A stretch of DNA of 64,000 bases, taken from NCBI GenBank assembly GCA_964016885.1, contig OZ024748.1, positions 24,614,001 to 24,678,000 of the forward strand, given 5' to 3'. Under the pieces are notes generated by a model that saw only the letters and a program-made list of their open reading frames with translations, was not told the DNA's origin and made no database searches. The position numbers were made by a program, and so were the translations under genes. Within the stretch, counting starts at the first letter, position 1; the number at the start of each line of letters is the position of its first letter. Shown here in pieces: positions 31,488 through 44,227 of the stretch. This stretch comes from Eledone cirrhosa (taxonomy: Eukaryota).

Positions 31488-31702
31488 AGGCGTGTGGCTG
31501 AGTGGTTAGAGAATTGGATTCACAATCTTGAGGTTGTGAGTTCGATTCCTGGAATGGGCGATGTGTTATGTCCTTGAGCAAGACACTATATCTCACGTTG
31601 CTCCTTCTACCTGGAGTTGCGACCAATAGATAGTACTAGCACCTGGGAAGACCAACGGAAACATTGTTTCCTCGGTCCGATTTGACGAAAGTCGATCGAT
31701 CC
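31485..31702 (+). mobile_element. tRNA-derived SINE (family D)
   Basis: GAAGGCGTGTGGCTGAGTGGTTAG...GAGTTCGATTCC head; body shared with 44585-44765 (GGAGTTGCGACCA...GGTCCGATTTGACG). Confidence 0.8.
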
Positions 31703-31705
31703 TTA

Positions 31706-31737
<32 letters not shown>

Positions 31738-31897
31738 CATACATATACATATAGAGAACATATGATCTAGAACAGTCAGCTTTTGTGTAGTTGGGTGTTT
31801 CCAGCTTATGTGAAGAAAAGAGGGATCAAGTGAAAATTTATTGATGATATTTAAGTCTCTCCTTCTCTCTTTATGGCTACTTATCAGGTACTCACAT

Positions 31898-31978
<81 letters not shown>

Positions 31979-32200
31979 TCTCCTCTCTCTGCTACACTAC
32001 CCTAACTGATTGGTTCAAAAGTTATGACATGGTTGACAGTATGTGTTACGTGTGTGTGTGTGTGTGTGTGTATGTGTGTGTGTGTGTGTGTGAACTTTAG
32101 GGAGGTGTATGTAGTGTGGAAGTGGAGTGGTGGGAGAAAGATAGGGTGTTTGTAAAGGTATATTTTTTGTCAGTAAACATCAGACAAGCTGCTGCTGCTG

Positions 32201-32249
<49 letters not shown>

Positions 32250-32306
32250 CACTACCAGCACCAGCACCACCACTATTACTACTACTACTACTACCACCAC
32301 CACCAG

Positions 32307-32365
<59 letters not shown>

Positions 32366-32568
32366 GCACCAGCACCAGCACTATTACTACTACTACTACT
32401 GCTGCTGTAAAGCTACTTGTTTACTAAAAATACTATGGTATTGTAGCTGGTAACCTAGTTCAGGGGTTATGTGTGACAATAAATAGTAAATTCTGACTCT
32501 GGTAAGGTGGTGAGATCGTTGACATTACACACACACACACGACACACGCACACGCACACACACATATA

Positions 32569-32654
<86 letters not shown>

Positions 32655-32815
32655 TAGTAGTAGTAGTAGTAGTCATGGTGACAATAGTAGCAATGGTGGT
32701 GGTGGTGGTGGTGGTGCTTGTAGGTTGGTAGTTTGGTAGTAATAGTATAGAGAGTAGAAATGCTGGTAGTACTGATTACAATGGTAGTGATGATGTGGTT
32801 GGTACTATATATATA

Positions 32816-32875
<60 letters not shown>

Positions 32876-33861
32876 TGTATGTGTGTGTATAGTAGCACTG
32901 GTAGTCTTGGTTACAGTGGTGATTGATTGTCTTGGCAGTGCAAGTTCAACTATATAGTAATGTAGTAGTAGTAGTAGTAGTAGTAGTAGTTAGCTTAGTC
33001 ATGGTTGTAGTACCAATTCTACTACTAGTACTGATGATGTAAACCATTATTATATTAGTAGCAGTGGTATTATTTAACATTACTATTTCATTCCATGTCC
33101 TTGTGGCAGATAATAGAAATCATTCATATTATTAGTTGTTGTAGTGTTAGTAGTAGTAGTAGTAGTAGTAGTAGGGGTGGTGGTGGTGATAATAGTAGTA
33201 GCAGCAGTAGTAGTGGTGGTGATGGTGGTAGTAGTAGTAGTTATAGTTTTGGTGATGCTGGTCGTAGTAGTGGTGCTTGCGTATAGTAAGTAGAGGCGGG
33301 TGTTGAGCTGGTAGTAGTAATAGTGGTGATAATGATAGGGGTTGTAGTAGTATTAGTAGTAGTTGTGATGGTAGTAGTAGTAGTAGTTGTGATGGTAGTA
33401 GTAGTAGTAGTTGTGATGGTAGTAGTAGTAGTAGTAGTTTCCAGCTTGGCAAAAGGCCAGACATTCTTAAAAGAGGAATCTATTTGATTGACTCCACCCT
33501 AATACATGGCTGGGTGGATAGATAGGGGTGGGTGTGTGTGTGTAGTTAGATGAGGGTGGGGTGGAGGTGCAGATATTTTTGCCAGGATTTCCACCCAGAA
33601 TAAATACCTGTAAGGTGCTTCAGTCTGGCACTGTTCCTTGCACTTCTTCACTAGTGGTAGTAGTGATAGTTGTGGTCATAGTAATAGTGATGGTGGTAGT
33701 AGTGGTAGTGGTGTTAGTTGTGGTGGAGGTGTTTGTTGTGGTGGAGGTGTTTGTGGTAAGTGAGAGCGGCCAGCTGTGAATAACTGAGTGAATAGATGTC
33801 AATAGGTGATTGAGAGTGTCCAGATGTCAGTATTGTTGAGTGTCCAGATGTCAGGATTGTT

Positions 33862-34022
33862 AGATAGGAACTGGGTGCCCGACAAACTGGAGTTAACTGA
33901 GGTACTCAATGGGGGCAGGCAGATAGGAACTGGTACCTGACAAACTGGAGTTATCTGAGGTACTCAATTGGGGGGGATAGGAACTGGGTGCCTGAAAAAC
34001 TGGATTATTTCAGGTACTCAAT
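33862..34022. repeat. ~55-bp tandem repeat x3
   Basis: GATAGGAACTGG...AAACTGGA...GGTACTCAAT occurs three times. Confidence 0.8.
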
Positions 34023-34273
34023 ACTTTCTGTTGGTTAGAAGGAGGTCAGTATTGGATTATATAGAGGGTTAATTGAAAGAATGAGGGATTTTCTGGTCAT
34101 AAGGTATGGATGCAGTGTCTAAACTGTTGGAAGAGGACTTTCACATTTAGTTTTCTTTTTGTCTTTTACTTTTTAGTTTAGGGAGAAAAATGAATTAAAA
34201 CTAACAATACCATAACACCGAACCACCACTACTGTCACTACTACCTCTACCATCACTTACATCACTACTACCT

Positions 34274-34815
34274 CGGTAGTCACGGAATAGGCAGACCTAG
34301 AAAAACCTGGGACGAGCTGATAAACTCCGACATCACACACTTACACCTCTCCAAGACAATGTCACTGGACCGAGACCTTTGGCGGTACTCAGTAACAGAG
34401 AAGACCCGCCTTACCTAAATATATAGTAAAACCTACTCCAGCCAGTAGGCATCCCTAACAAAATACACCCCGTCCCACCACCCCCACCCCCACCCCATCC
34501 ACACCACCCCGTTCTATGTAAAGTTATGTTGGTGCCGCGCCATCGAGGCCGAAACAAATGAGATCGTGTAGGTGTCACGACAAAAAAACACACAGTCCAC
34601 GCTGTAAATGTGGCCGTGTAGGCAACACGGTAAAAACCTCCCAGCCCCACACTGTAAATGTGGTTGGTGTTAGGAAGGGCATCCAACTGTAGAAAACCTG
34701 CCAGACAGTCCTATGCGAGCAAGACAATCACTCTTGCCTCAAGTGGGACTACCCCCGTCCAAACCCATGCAAGCGTGGAACACGGACGTTAAACGTTGAT
34801 GATGATGATGATGAT
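34274..34815 (+). mobile_element. 3' end of an RTE LINE (C-terminal ORF, 3'UTR, (GAT)n tail)
   Basis: Translates GSHGIGRPRKTWDELINSDITHLHLSKTMSLDRDLWRYSVTEKTRLT* (stop 34416-34418), the RTE-type GRPxxTW...DRxxWR ending. The 3'UTR matches the family B SINE tails. Confidence 0.88.
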
Positions 34816-35085
34816 ACCTCTACCACCACTTACATCACTACTACCTCTACCATCACTTACATCACTACTACCTCTACCATCACTTACATCACTACTACCT
34901 CTACCATCACTTACATCACTATTACCTCTACCATCACTTACATCACTACTACCTCTACCATCACTTACATCACTACTACCTCTACCATCACTTACATCAC
35001 TACTACCTCTACCATCACTTACATCACTACTACCTCTATCTTCACTACTGTCACTACTACCTCTACCATCACTTACATCACTAAC
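34816..35085. repeat. 27-bp minisatellite (CCTCTACCATCACTTACATCACTACTA)
   Basis: About 10 units; one further unit lies upstream of the RTE insertion at 34243-34273. Confidence 0.9.
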
Positions 35086-35178
35086 ATCACCACCACTCTT
35101 TTAATCTTTACCAGCAGTATCATTACCAATATTGAATGTATCAATACTAACCACTTACATTTGTTTTCTATTATTCAG

Positions 35179-35378
35179 AGTTCCGATGACTGGTTACATA
35201 CTAAACGTGTGAAGAGTGAAGAGAGCCCAACCAGCCAAGTTTCACCATGGTCACCCCACCATTCAACACAACCAACTATGGCTCCAGTCTCAGCGTACTC
35301 TGCCTGGCCCCAAAGTCTCATCAGTGCCCTCAAAGATAATAAATATTTACCCCAACCACCCAACATCATGCGTGATAG
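35179..35378 (+). CDS. SKI: Ski/SnoN-family co-repressor, first exon visible in window (phase 0 to 2)
   Basis: Acceptor ttattcag|, donor AG|gtaagt. SSDDWLHTKRVKSEESPTSQVSPWSP...SAYSAWPQSLISALKDNKYLPQPPNIMRD resembles the vertebrate SKI SAFRPWSP...PALIRDS region (from memory of the family). Confidence 0.85.
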
Positions 35379-35604
35379 GTAAGTGCTTAAATTTGTTGTA
35401 AAACACCCCCTCTCACACAAACCACCATTGCTACCACTATTATCACACCTCGTGGATCTTTAGTTGTCAATATGTATGTGTCTGTGTGTCCATACATACA
35501 CCTTTAGGCAATACAAAGCCTCTAGAGAAAAACATGTAAGTCTAACAAAAGAAAAGCCTGAATTTCAACAGTTATAAGGTCTCATTAAATGTGAACCATG
35601 GTGG

Positions 35605-35790
35605 ATTGGCAGCATTGCTACAGTATCAGACACCATGCTTTGCAGCACAGAGTTATGGCCCTTTACGTTCTGTGTTCAAATCCAGCCAACGTTAGCTTTG
35701 ACTTTCATCCTTACAGGGTCGATAAAATAAAGCACCAGTAATGCACTGGGGGGTAATTTGCTGGCCTTTTGCCTAAAGTAGAAACAAGTA
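35605..35790 (+). mobile_element. SINE family A
   Basis: Matches 4059-4238. Confidence 0.75.
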
Positions 35791-36292
35791 AATGTGAACC
35801 ATGCCCCTTCTCAACCTCCATGATATTTAATTCTTAATGACCTGGAATATTTTAGCAGAAAATATCTGAAAACAGGTTTTTTAATTCAAATGTGTGGACA
35901 GATCATTGTAAACATTTTTAGTATCAATGTGAAGATGTTACTTTTTAGTGTGATGCCATCATTGTGCTGTTTTGTACTTTTCCACAATGTCTTGATAATG
36001 TGGCTCCATGTGGTACAGGACTTTAAGGGTTAAGCACCAATCAATATCCCAAATAAATCTTCTGCTAGTCTAGATTTGGGTAATTACTCATAATACTCAA
36101 ATGTGTACACAGACATACCTGATAGCTACCCGTCTTCCTTAATCTATTCCTGCTGCAGCTGTGTCTTCATCATCTCCATCCTTCATACATACCCAGCAAA
36201 TCTGGACATCCTTTATTACAGCTCCTTCAACTATCATATCCATCCACATACACCTCACACATGAATGAATGAATGAATGAATGAGTGTGTGT

Positions 36293-36339
<47 letters not shown>

Positions 36340-36457
36340 CACACACATATAATTATCATCATCATCGCCAAACAACAGTTTTCCCTGGCAGTAATGGTTG
36401 GACTATGTATATTTGTGTTTTTGGTAACTAGACAAACACAACAAATGCACAAGGTAC

Positions 36458-36545
<88 letters not shown>

Positions 36546-37089
36546 AGAATGTTTTAAAGGCTACAACAACATTGTAGCAGCTGGTCAGTGTTAGGTCAAC
36601 CAAAGGTTGGTGCATGTCAGTTTAGTATAAACCAGAAAATAGTGATGACTGACTACTTAGATAATTTAGGATTGGTGTTGACCTATTGGCTTTTGGCCAT
36701 GTACACACACCCAATATTCAGAGGTAGAAATAACACTGCACCTAGAGTTGCTTCACTTATAATAGTTGCTAGCAATGAAGAACAATTGTTGGTGTAGAGT
36801 CAGAACTGTTTTCTAAAGAAAATATGTATTCAAAAATTGCTTTTTGTACCCAACATGGCTTTATAATAATAATAGTAGATACATCATTGTGTTAGCTGTT
36901 GATTTGTTAACTTTGCTCATGTGTAACACACACATAGCATAGATCAAAGGATAGGCATGAATGACACTATATCATACTGGCTAGCAGTCAGAATGTTACA
37001 CAGGCTTCTTTATATGTTGAAAGGAACTCAACTGATTTGTATGTAAACCCAAAAGTGTGTTGTAACTTTGTTGGTTCTAATGATGACTG

Positions 37090-37570
37090 TTCCAGTTGAT
37101 TTGCTGCAATCTAACAGCCTGCTCATGAAATTAATAGGTGGCTGAACACTCCAGTAACATGTGTACCCTTAATATTGTTTTAGCATTTAAGCCGGCCATA
37201 TCCGGCCAGAATTCTCTTACCTCTTTTTGTTCAAACTGGTCATAACTGGCTGCTCATACTGGTGTTAAGGTATTGTTCTCAAAATAAATAATATCAAAGT
37301 CTCATAGTCGATATTATGTGAGATAATTAATTATGTGAGGTAAAACATTTACCATGAAAATATAATAGTAAATATAGAGTAATGTAAATGCTAAAGGGTT
37401 AAACAAGACTCAGCATAACACAGTGTGTGACAGAGTTGGTCCTTTAAATTACAGATACAGCTCAATTTTTACCAGCTGAGTGAGCTGGAGCAACATGAAA
37501 TAAAGTGTCTTGCTCAAGAACACAACCCATGACCCTATGGTCATGAACTTAACACCTTAACTACTAAGAC
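37090..37570 (-). mobile_element. Old SINE with a nested TTAA-type MITE (~37178-37402)
   Basis: SINE core GGAGCAACATGAAATAAAGTGTCTTGCTCAAG (minus). Nested inverted ends TTTAGCATTTA / TAAATGCTAAAGGGTTAA. Confidence 0.6.
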
Positions 37571-38175
37571 ACCATCACTAAACTCAAACATAAACACACA
37601 CACATACACATACATATTATTCACTCACATATACATATCGTCATACGTTGTGTAATCACAAAACAACCATCCTGTTCACCTTTCCCTCTCTCCCTCCTCC
37701 TTCTCTCTAACTCCAGATAGAGCCAATGTTGTGACAATACATTTCAAGTATATGTAATTCCACTGATTCAAGTTCTCATCCACTGAATATGTCATGAGAA
37801 ACTCTAGGTATGTGTGAGTGTGAGTGGGAGTGGGAGTGGGAGTGTTATGTTATTACTGTATTACTACTGTTTCTGATTCTACATTTACCAAAGTGTTTGT
37901 GTAGCTAGGTAGGTACATAGACCTTCATACCTAACACCTGTACACACACATGCATAGATGTATGTACACACACACACGCGTATATAATATATATATAGAG
38001 AGAGAGAGAGAGAGAATCTTAAACAAAATCACAGAGGGGTAGATTAGTGTAGAAGCATCTCTCCCTGGGGGCAAAAGATTTTACCCTGACTGCAGTTTTA
38101 AAGACCTAACGAATAACGCATAGCCCTTCAATAGATTGATGTGTATATGATATATATATATAAATGTTTGTGTGT

Positions 38176-38243
<68 letters not shown>

Positions 38244-38496
38244 GGTATGTGTAGATGCATTTTTTCTTCTAACATATATTTAATCGATTTCCACGTGCTA
38301 TTGAAATGGTGGGTAAATATTCTATAGCTGTTGATCGCGAATAGATGGCTGTCATTTATTTATCTATTATTTCTTCATAGGTGACTTTTAATCTTATAGC
38401 CTATGTTTAATTGTTTTTTTGTGTGGTTGATTATGCTAATTGGGAGAGGAAATCGTGTATATATCTTATCTAATGATTCTATGGACATAATTTATA

Positions 38497-38531
<35 letters not shown>

Positions 38532-38751
38532 TAAATAAGTGTGTTTGTGTGTGTTTGTGCAGATGTATAAACTAGCTACATTTACATGTCCTTGTTATGT
38601 ATATACAGAAGCTAGCTTGCATTTTCATATCTGTTGACATGAGCCAGATTTCCACGTTTTAGCCTAGTTCACAAGAACAACAGCTTAGTTGAACTGCTGT
38701 TGGCAGCCTTACAAGTTGGTCACATTTGTTGTGATGGTAATCTTGCTAATG

Positions 38752-39220
38752 ATTGTTTCTACTTTTGGGACAAGGACAGCAATTATCCCAGTGTATTACT
38801 GGTACTTTATTTTATCGACCCCGTAAGGATGAAAGGCAAAGTTAACCTCGGCAGGATTTGAACTCAGAATGGCAAGGGCTGTAACTCTATGCGTCAAAGC
38901 ATGGCGTCTGACCCTCTACCGATAATGCCAATCCACACTTCCCTGGGTGTCGGGGGAAACAGCAAGAAAAGGAAGAAAAATTAAAAATACAAACAACATT
39001 GATATTTGTTTCTACTTTTATAATAATAATAATAATTGTTTCTACTTTTGACACAAGGGCGGCAATTACCCAAGTACATTACTGCTACTTTATTTTATCG
39101 ACCCCCCATAAGGGATGAAAGGCAAAGTTAACCCCGGCAGGATTTGAACTCAGGCCGTAAAGGGACGTAACTCTATGCTGTAAAGCACGGCATCCAATCC
39201 TCTACTGATCCACTGCCTTT
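38752..39220 (-). mobile_element. Two adjacent family A SINEs (38752-38935, 39035-39220)
   Basis: Both match 4059-4238. Confidence 0.8.
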
Positions 39221-39321
39221 AATAATGATGATTTGTGATGTCTGATTGATGAATATGAAAGAATTTAAACTTTGATTATTATTGATTGGTAGATCAGTAG
39301 ATGCTAATGTTTTAGATTGGT

Positions 39322-39713
39322 TTCCATTAGCTATTGTATAACACATATCCTCTATATCTTACAGTGATATGTACCCCTTCCATTAGCTATTGTATAACAC
39401 ATATCCTCTATATCTTACAGTGATATGTACCCCTTCCATTAGCTATTGTATAACACATATCCTCTATATCTGACAGTGATATGTACCCCTTCCATTAGCT
39501 ATTGTATAACACATATCCTCTATATCTGACAGTGATATGTACCCCTTCCATTAGCTATTGTATAACACATATCCTCTATATCTGACAGTGATATGTACCC
39601 CTTCCATTAGCTATTGTATAACACATATCCTCTATATCTGACAGTGATATGTACCCCTTCCATTAGCTATTGTATAACACATATCCTCTATATCTTACAG
39701 TGATATGTACCCC
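39322..39713. repeat. 56-bp minisatellite x7
   Basis: Unit TTCCATTAGCTATTGTATAACACATATCCTCTATATCTTACAGTGATATGTACCCC. Confidence 0.95.
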
Positions 39714-39942
39714 CTCTCTCTCTCCAGCAATCCCACAACTACCCAAACATTGCCTCCAGCCACCCTTATTTCTTGTGTTATATATAGCTTGTTACTCCTT
39801 GTCTTTTACGTGTGTCATACACACATACACACACATGACACATACCACTCACATGCACGACTCACACACGACACTCACACTTACATGTCACTTGCACATA
39901 CACACACATACTCACATTTACATGACACATACACTCATGACA

Positions 39943-39981
<39 letters not shown>

Positions 39982-40499
39982 CACACACAAATATATGTAC
40001 ACAGACCATACATAGATGAAAATTTTACGACCCTGATTTTAGAATAGGTACACCGTATCCTAGGTGACAAAAAGGGCATCTGGCTGTAAAACATTGCCTC
40101 AACATGTTTGGTCCAGCCCATGCCAGCATAGAAAAGTGGACATAAACATGATTATAGTGATGATGATGATGATGATAATAGTGAGGACAATAGTAATGAT
40201 GATGATGATAGTGATGAGAATGATAACATTCATTACACATTTTCATTATTCCTTAATCAATCTAACCCTCAGCAAGTTTGCCTTCACCCCTCATATCCAC
40301 CCCTTACACACCCAAGCAGTCTGCCCCACTCCCTTGTGCTGCATTACACCCTAACCCAACCACTATGTTTTACCCTACCCACCCCATATATACCCTGTAG
40401 CCACCCATGTCGTCAATAGATCACCCAGTAAATACACCCACCCACCCCTCACTGCAAGTTCTCCTATCTATCATTGATGTTTAGTTTGTTGTATTACAG

Positions 40500-40589
40500 T
40501 TTGCCTCGGTCCTTGCCCTCCTATCTACAGACTGGGCCACCCGTATTACTGCACCCGGAACGCGTGATACCCCATTCGGAATCTGGAAG
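40500..40589 (+). CDS. SKI: Ski/SnoN homologue, 90-bp exon (phase 2 to 2)
   Basis: Acceptor gtattacag|, donor AG|gtaagt; (S)LPRSLPSYLQTGPPVLLHPERVIPHSESG(R). The frame joins both neighbours. Not in the supplied ORF track. Confidence 0.85.
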
Positions 40590-40724
40590 GTAAGTAAGAT
40601 AAACAACAACTATTTTCCTTCATACTCCTACTTTTACACACACACATGCGTGCGTCTGTTGGATATGGATCTGAACAGGTCGTCTGACCGCCTGCATATC
40701 AAATGTTTTCTGCATCTCCAGTAG

Positions 40725-40797
40725 ATTTTGTCTGATGGGAACATGATTTTGGCTTATGTTATACATTATTGCATCTTTGAAATACGTATAATAAAAT
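40725..40797 (+). ncRNA. Minimal type-I hammerhead motif with a core variant CTGATGG (HHR-3)
   Basis: ATTTTGT-CTGATGG-GAACATG...CATCTTT-GAAA-TACGTA-TA-ATAAAAT. 7-bp stem I (one G.U) and palindromic stem III ATACGTAT, which is identical to that of HHR-4. Confidence 0.6.
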
Positions 40798-40840
40798 AAA
40801 TTGGAATGGTCTAAAGTAACTAACTGTCTTTCGTTTGTAG

Positions 40841-41022
40841 ATTGGCAGTATCGGTAGAGAGTCGGACACCATGCTTTGCAGCATAGAGTTACGCCCCTTT
40901 ATGATCTGAGTTCAAATCGCACCGAGGTTAACTTTGCCTTTCATCCTTACGGGGTCGATAAAATAAAGTACCAATAATGTACTGGGTAAATTGCTGTCCT
41001 TGTGCCTAAAATAGAAACAATT
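40841..41022 (+). mobile_element. SINE family A
   Basis: ATTGGCAGTATCGGTAGAG...GAGTTCAAATC...GGGGTCGATAAAATAAAGTACC with an (ATT)n tail. Confidence 0.82.
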
Positions 41023-41691
41023 ATTATTATTATTATTATTATTATTATAATATATAAGTATGTATGTATATATATATATATGTATGTGTATATATATATA
41101 TATATATAATTAAAATTAAAAATCTGAGTTAAAAACTCACGTTAATCCCCTGTAATTTAATGAGCTCAAGGAATAGGTACTGGGCTCTTTATAATACAGT
41201 ATATAGAGAAGAATCACAAAAGGGTGTTTTCAATCACAGAACCACTAGAGTGAAAAACAGAAAGTCTATGAAAGGAATGGCAAATACATATTAATTAAAA
41301 GAATAAATCAAAATGCACACACCAACCTTTATAACTATAAAACACCTGGACAGATTCTAAGAAGAGAATGTTTTGCCATAAAAAGTGTTGATTCCATACT
41401 GCTTAGGGCTTCTCAACAGGTGTAAAGACAGTATGGTCCAAATTTTTCAAATACAACTAAAATATTGCACATGGTGAAAAGAGACCAAAACATGCGTGCT
41501 ACACAGTTCATAGTGGCTTGAATGGATCAAAAGCCTGCTAGAAATAGCCTTCCAGAACCATTCAACTTAAGAAGCTCAACTTACATAAAGAAATGAATTA
41601 GGAGCCAAAATATCAAATTAAAAAACGGAGTTAAAAACTCACGTTAATCCCCTGTAATTTAATGAGCTCAAGGAGTAGATACCAGGGTCTT

Positions 41692-41836
41692 TATAATACA
41701 GTATATAGAGAAGAAAACACAAAGAGGCATGTTTTCAATTATAGGGGACAGGGAACCAGTAGAGTGAAAAACATATCTGTCCCCTATAATTGAAAACATG
41801 CCTCTTTGTGTTTTCTTCTCTATATACTGTATTATA
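41692..41836. repeat. Perfect 60-bp inverted repeat with 25-nt spacer, within a segment also duplicated directly at ~41114-41259
   Basis: 41692-41751 is the reverse complement of 41777-41836; ~41615-41772 resembles ~41114-41259. Confidence 0.88.
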
Positions 41837-42482
41837 TATCTATAGTGTGTGTATTTTTGTATATAAATATGAAAAAAAATGTATACATTTATATATATTG
41901 TATGTACACACAAACACTGCTCTTATATTTATAAAAACAGACAAAAACGATCCTCTGATATATATGTATGTGTATATGTGAATTTGTGTGTATGTGTAAA
42001 TGTATGTATGTATGTGAGTGTATGTGTGAATGTATGTATGTATATATGACTGTATGTGTGAATTTATGTGTGTATGTATGTATATATGACTGTATGTGTG
42101 AATTTATGTGTGAGTGTGTACATGTGTGTGTATACAAGAAATAAATGGCTGCAGTGTGAGGACTTGACAGTGATTGATTAGTGTTTAATCAAAGGTAACA
42201 TCCACCTGCCCAATGAACCAGTTATTCATTGAATGATATTGTTAAGTGGTTCAATATGTTGTAATCAACAGCTGGATTCAGTGTGACAATGCTTGACCTT
42301 TGAATCACACATTCAATCTATGTGTATGTACATACATATACACACACATACATTTGAATATATATATATATATATATACATATACATACATATATATATA
42401 TATATATAAATATAGTAGATATATATCTTATATATATGTATATTATAAAGAATAGAGATGATTTTAAGTTTATTATATAATG

Positions 42483-42551
42483 CTGTTATACGTATTTCAA
42501 AGACATCAAAGTGATTGGATAATAACCCTTTGACATGTTTTCATCAGACAG
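42483..42551 (-). ncRNA. Minimal type-I hammerhead ribozyme motif (HHR-4)
   Basis: Minus strand: CTGT-CTGATGA-AAACATGTCAAAG...CTTTGATGTCTTT-GAAA-TACGTA-TA-ACAG. Intact core, stem I CTGT/ACAG, palindromic stem III. Confidence 0.8.
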
Positions 42552-42618
42552 GTGTTAAGTTGTAATGTTGGGAACACAGTGGTAGCAGTCCCATTACCAG
42601 TAAGCATATATATATATA

Positions 42619-42706
<88 letters not shown>

Positions 42707-43085
42707 CATATATATGTATTTGTGTGTGTGTGTGAAAAGTAAACAGTAAAAACACAACAAACGATGAAGATATATATTAGTTTTGTATTTCATATAGTAG
42801 GAAAGGTCTTAATGTTTCAGATACTAGTCCTTCATTAAAAAATAGGTTGAGAAATTAAAGAAGAAAGAGAAAGGTAGAGGAGAGTGAGTAGGGAGAGAAA
42901 CAAGAACCATATATCATTAGTATAAATATGTTGATGATTATTATATATGATTGTGTCTATGAATGAAGTGATTATGACCAGAGACTAGGAAGTATTCCAG
43001 ACCCGAGAAGTACTTGATGCATGTATAAGGTACAGAGTTGCTTTAGTAATTAGCTTGTAGGTCAGCCAGAATGGAGTGGGCCATC

Positions 43086-43125
<40 letters not shown>

Positions 43126-43141
43126 ACACATATATATATAT

Positions 43142-43479
43142 GGAGGCACATGGCTTAGTGGCTAGAGCATTGGCCTTGCAATCGAAAGGTTGTGAGTTCA
43201 ATTCTCGGACCGGGTGATGTGTTGTTTCCTTGAGCAAGACACTTTATTTCACATTGCTCCAGTTTACTCAGCTGTAGAAATGAGATGATAGGGACTGGTG
43301 TCCCTATCATTCCACCGCAAAGTGGTCGTGGAGGTGCCACGGCAAAAAAGCACCCAGCACTCACTGTAAATGAGGTTGGTGTTAGGAAGGGCACCCAGCT
43401 GTAGAAATCAAGCCAGAATCAGTTCCCGTCCCACCCTTGCAAGCAGCGAAAAAGTGGACGTAAAATGATGATGATGATG
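43142..43479 (+). mobile_element. SINE family B
   Basis: Near-identical to 12322-12690. Confidence 0.9.
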
Positions 43480-43714
43480 ACACACATTCTCTATAGAGGT
43501 GTTCCTGCAGCTGTGATGATCGCATAGTTTTTCACATGAGTGAATTTAATGTCTAATACAATACCTAACATCTCTAGCTACATAACCACACAACAATACA
43601 TTCTCCACAACCACCTCAATCATCCAACCACACACAATTATCACAACCACCACAATCACCATAACCACATTTACTGTTATGTTATCAGCACTAAACTTCC
43701 TGCATGTATTACAG

Positions 43715-43998
43715 GTATGAACGCCACTTCACACCGAATGTGTCTCTGGCTCCGTTACCACAACAACGATTACCTGATAGCAAAATCAAAAGTGAACTAA
43801 AGGAGTCGGAAATAGAGAGGAATGGTTTACATCAGTTGGCAGATGCTGCAGTCTCTAAGATCTCAAAGGAACCGGTTGCATTGACCAAAGAGACGAAAAT
43901 ATATCAGGAGACATCAACGAATTTGAGCAAAAGTAAAGAGAAGGCTTATGATTTCTCCTCCGATTCTGAGGAGTCGATTACTGAATTTGAGGAAACGG
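43715..43998 (+). CDS. SKI: Ski/SnoN homologue exon (phase 2 to 1)
   Basis: tacag| ... G|gtgagt; YERHFTPNVSLAP matches the family motif PNVALAP/PNVSL of SKI/SKIL. Confidence 0.9.
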
Positions 43999-44227
43999 GT
44001 GAGTTGTTCATTTCTTCCACCACTACCATCACCACAATCATCAGTACCAACACCACCACCTCTACGATTATACATCATCATCATCACTGTCACCCACCAC
44101 TACACATCATCCACCACAAGCAAACATTAGTTACTCCTACCCCATCTAAATATATTTGTTACACTCTTGCAATCCATTCTCACATCTATTTTATCCTGCC
44201 TTTTTTTTTTCCTCCTTTTTTTTCCAG

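Noticed and set aside
43966-44000. CTGAGGA...GAAAC inside a SKI exon
   Set aside because: The stems do not close; explained by the codons for SEES...EET.
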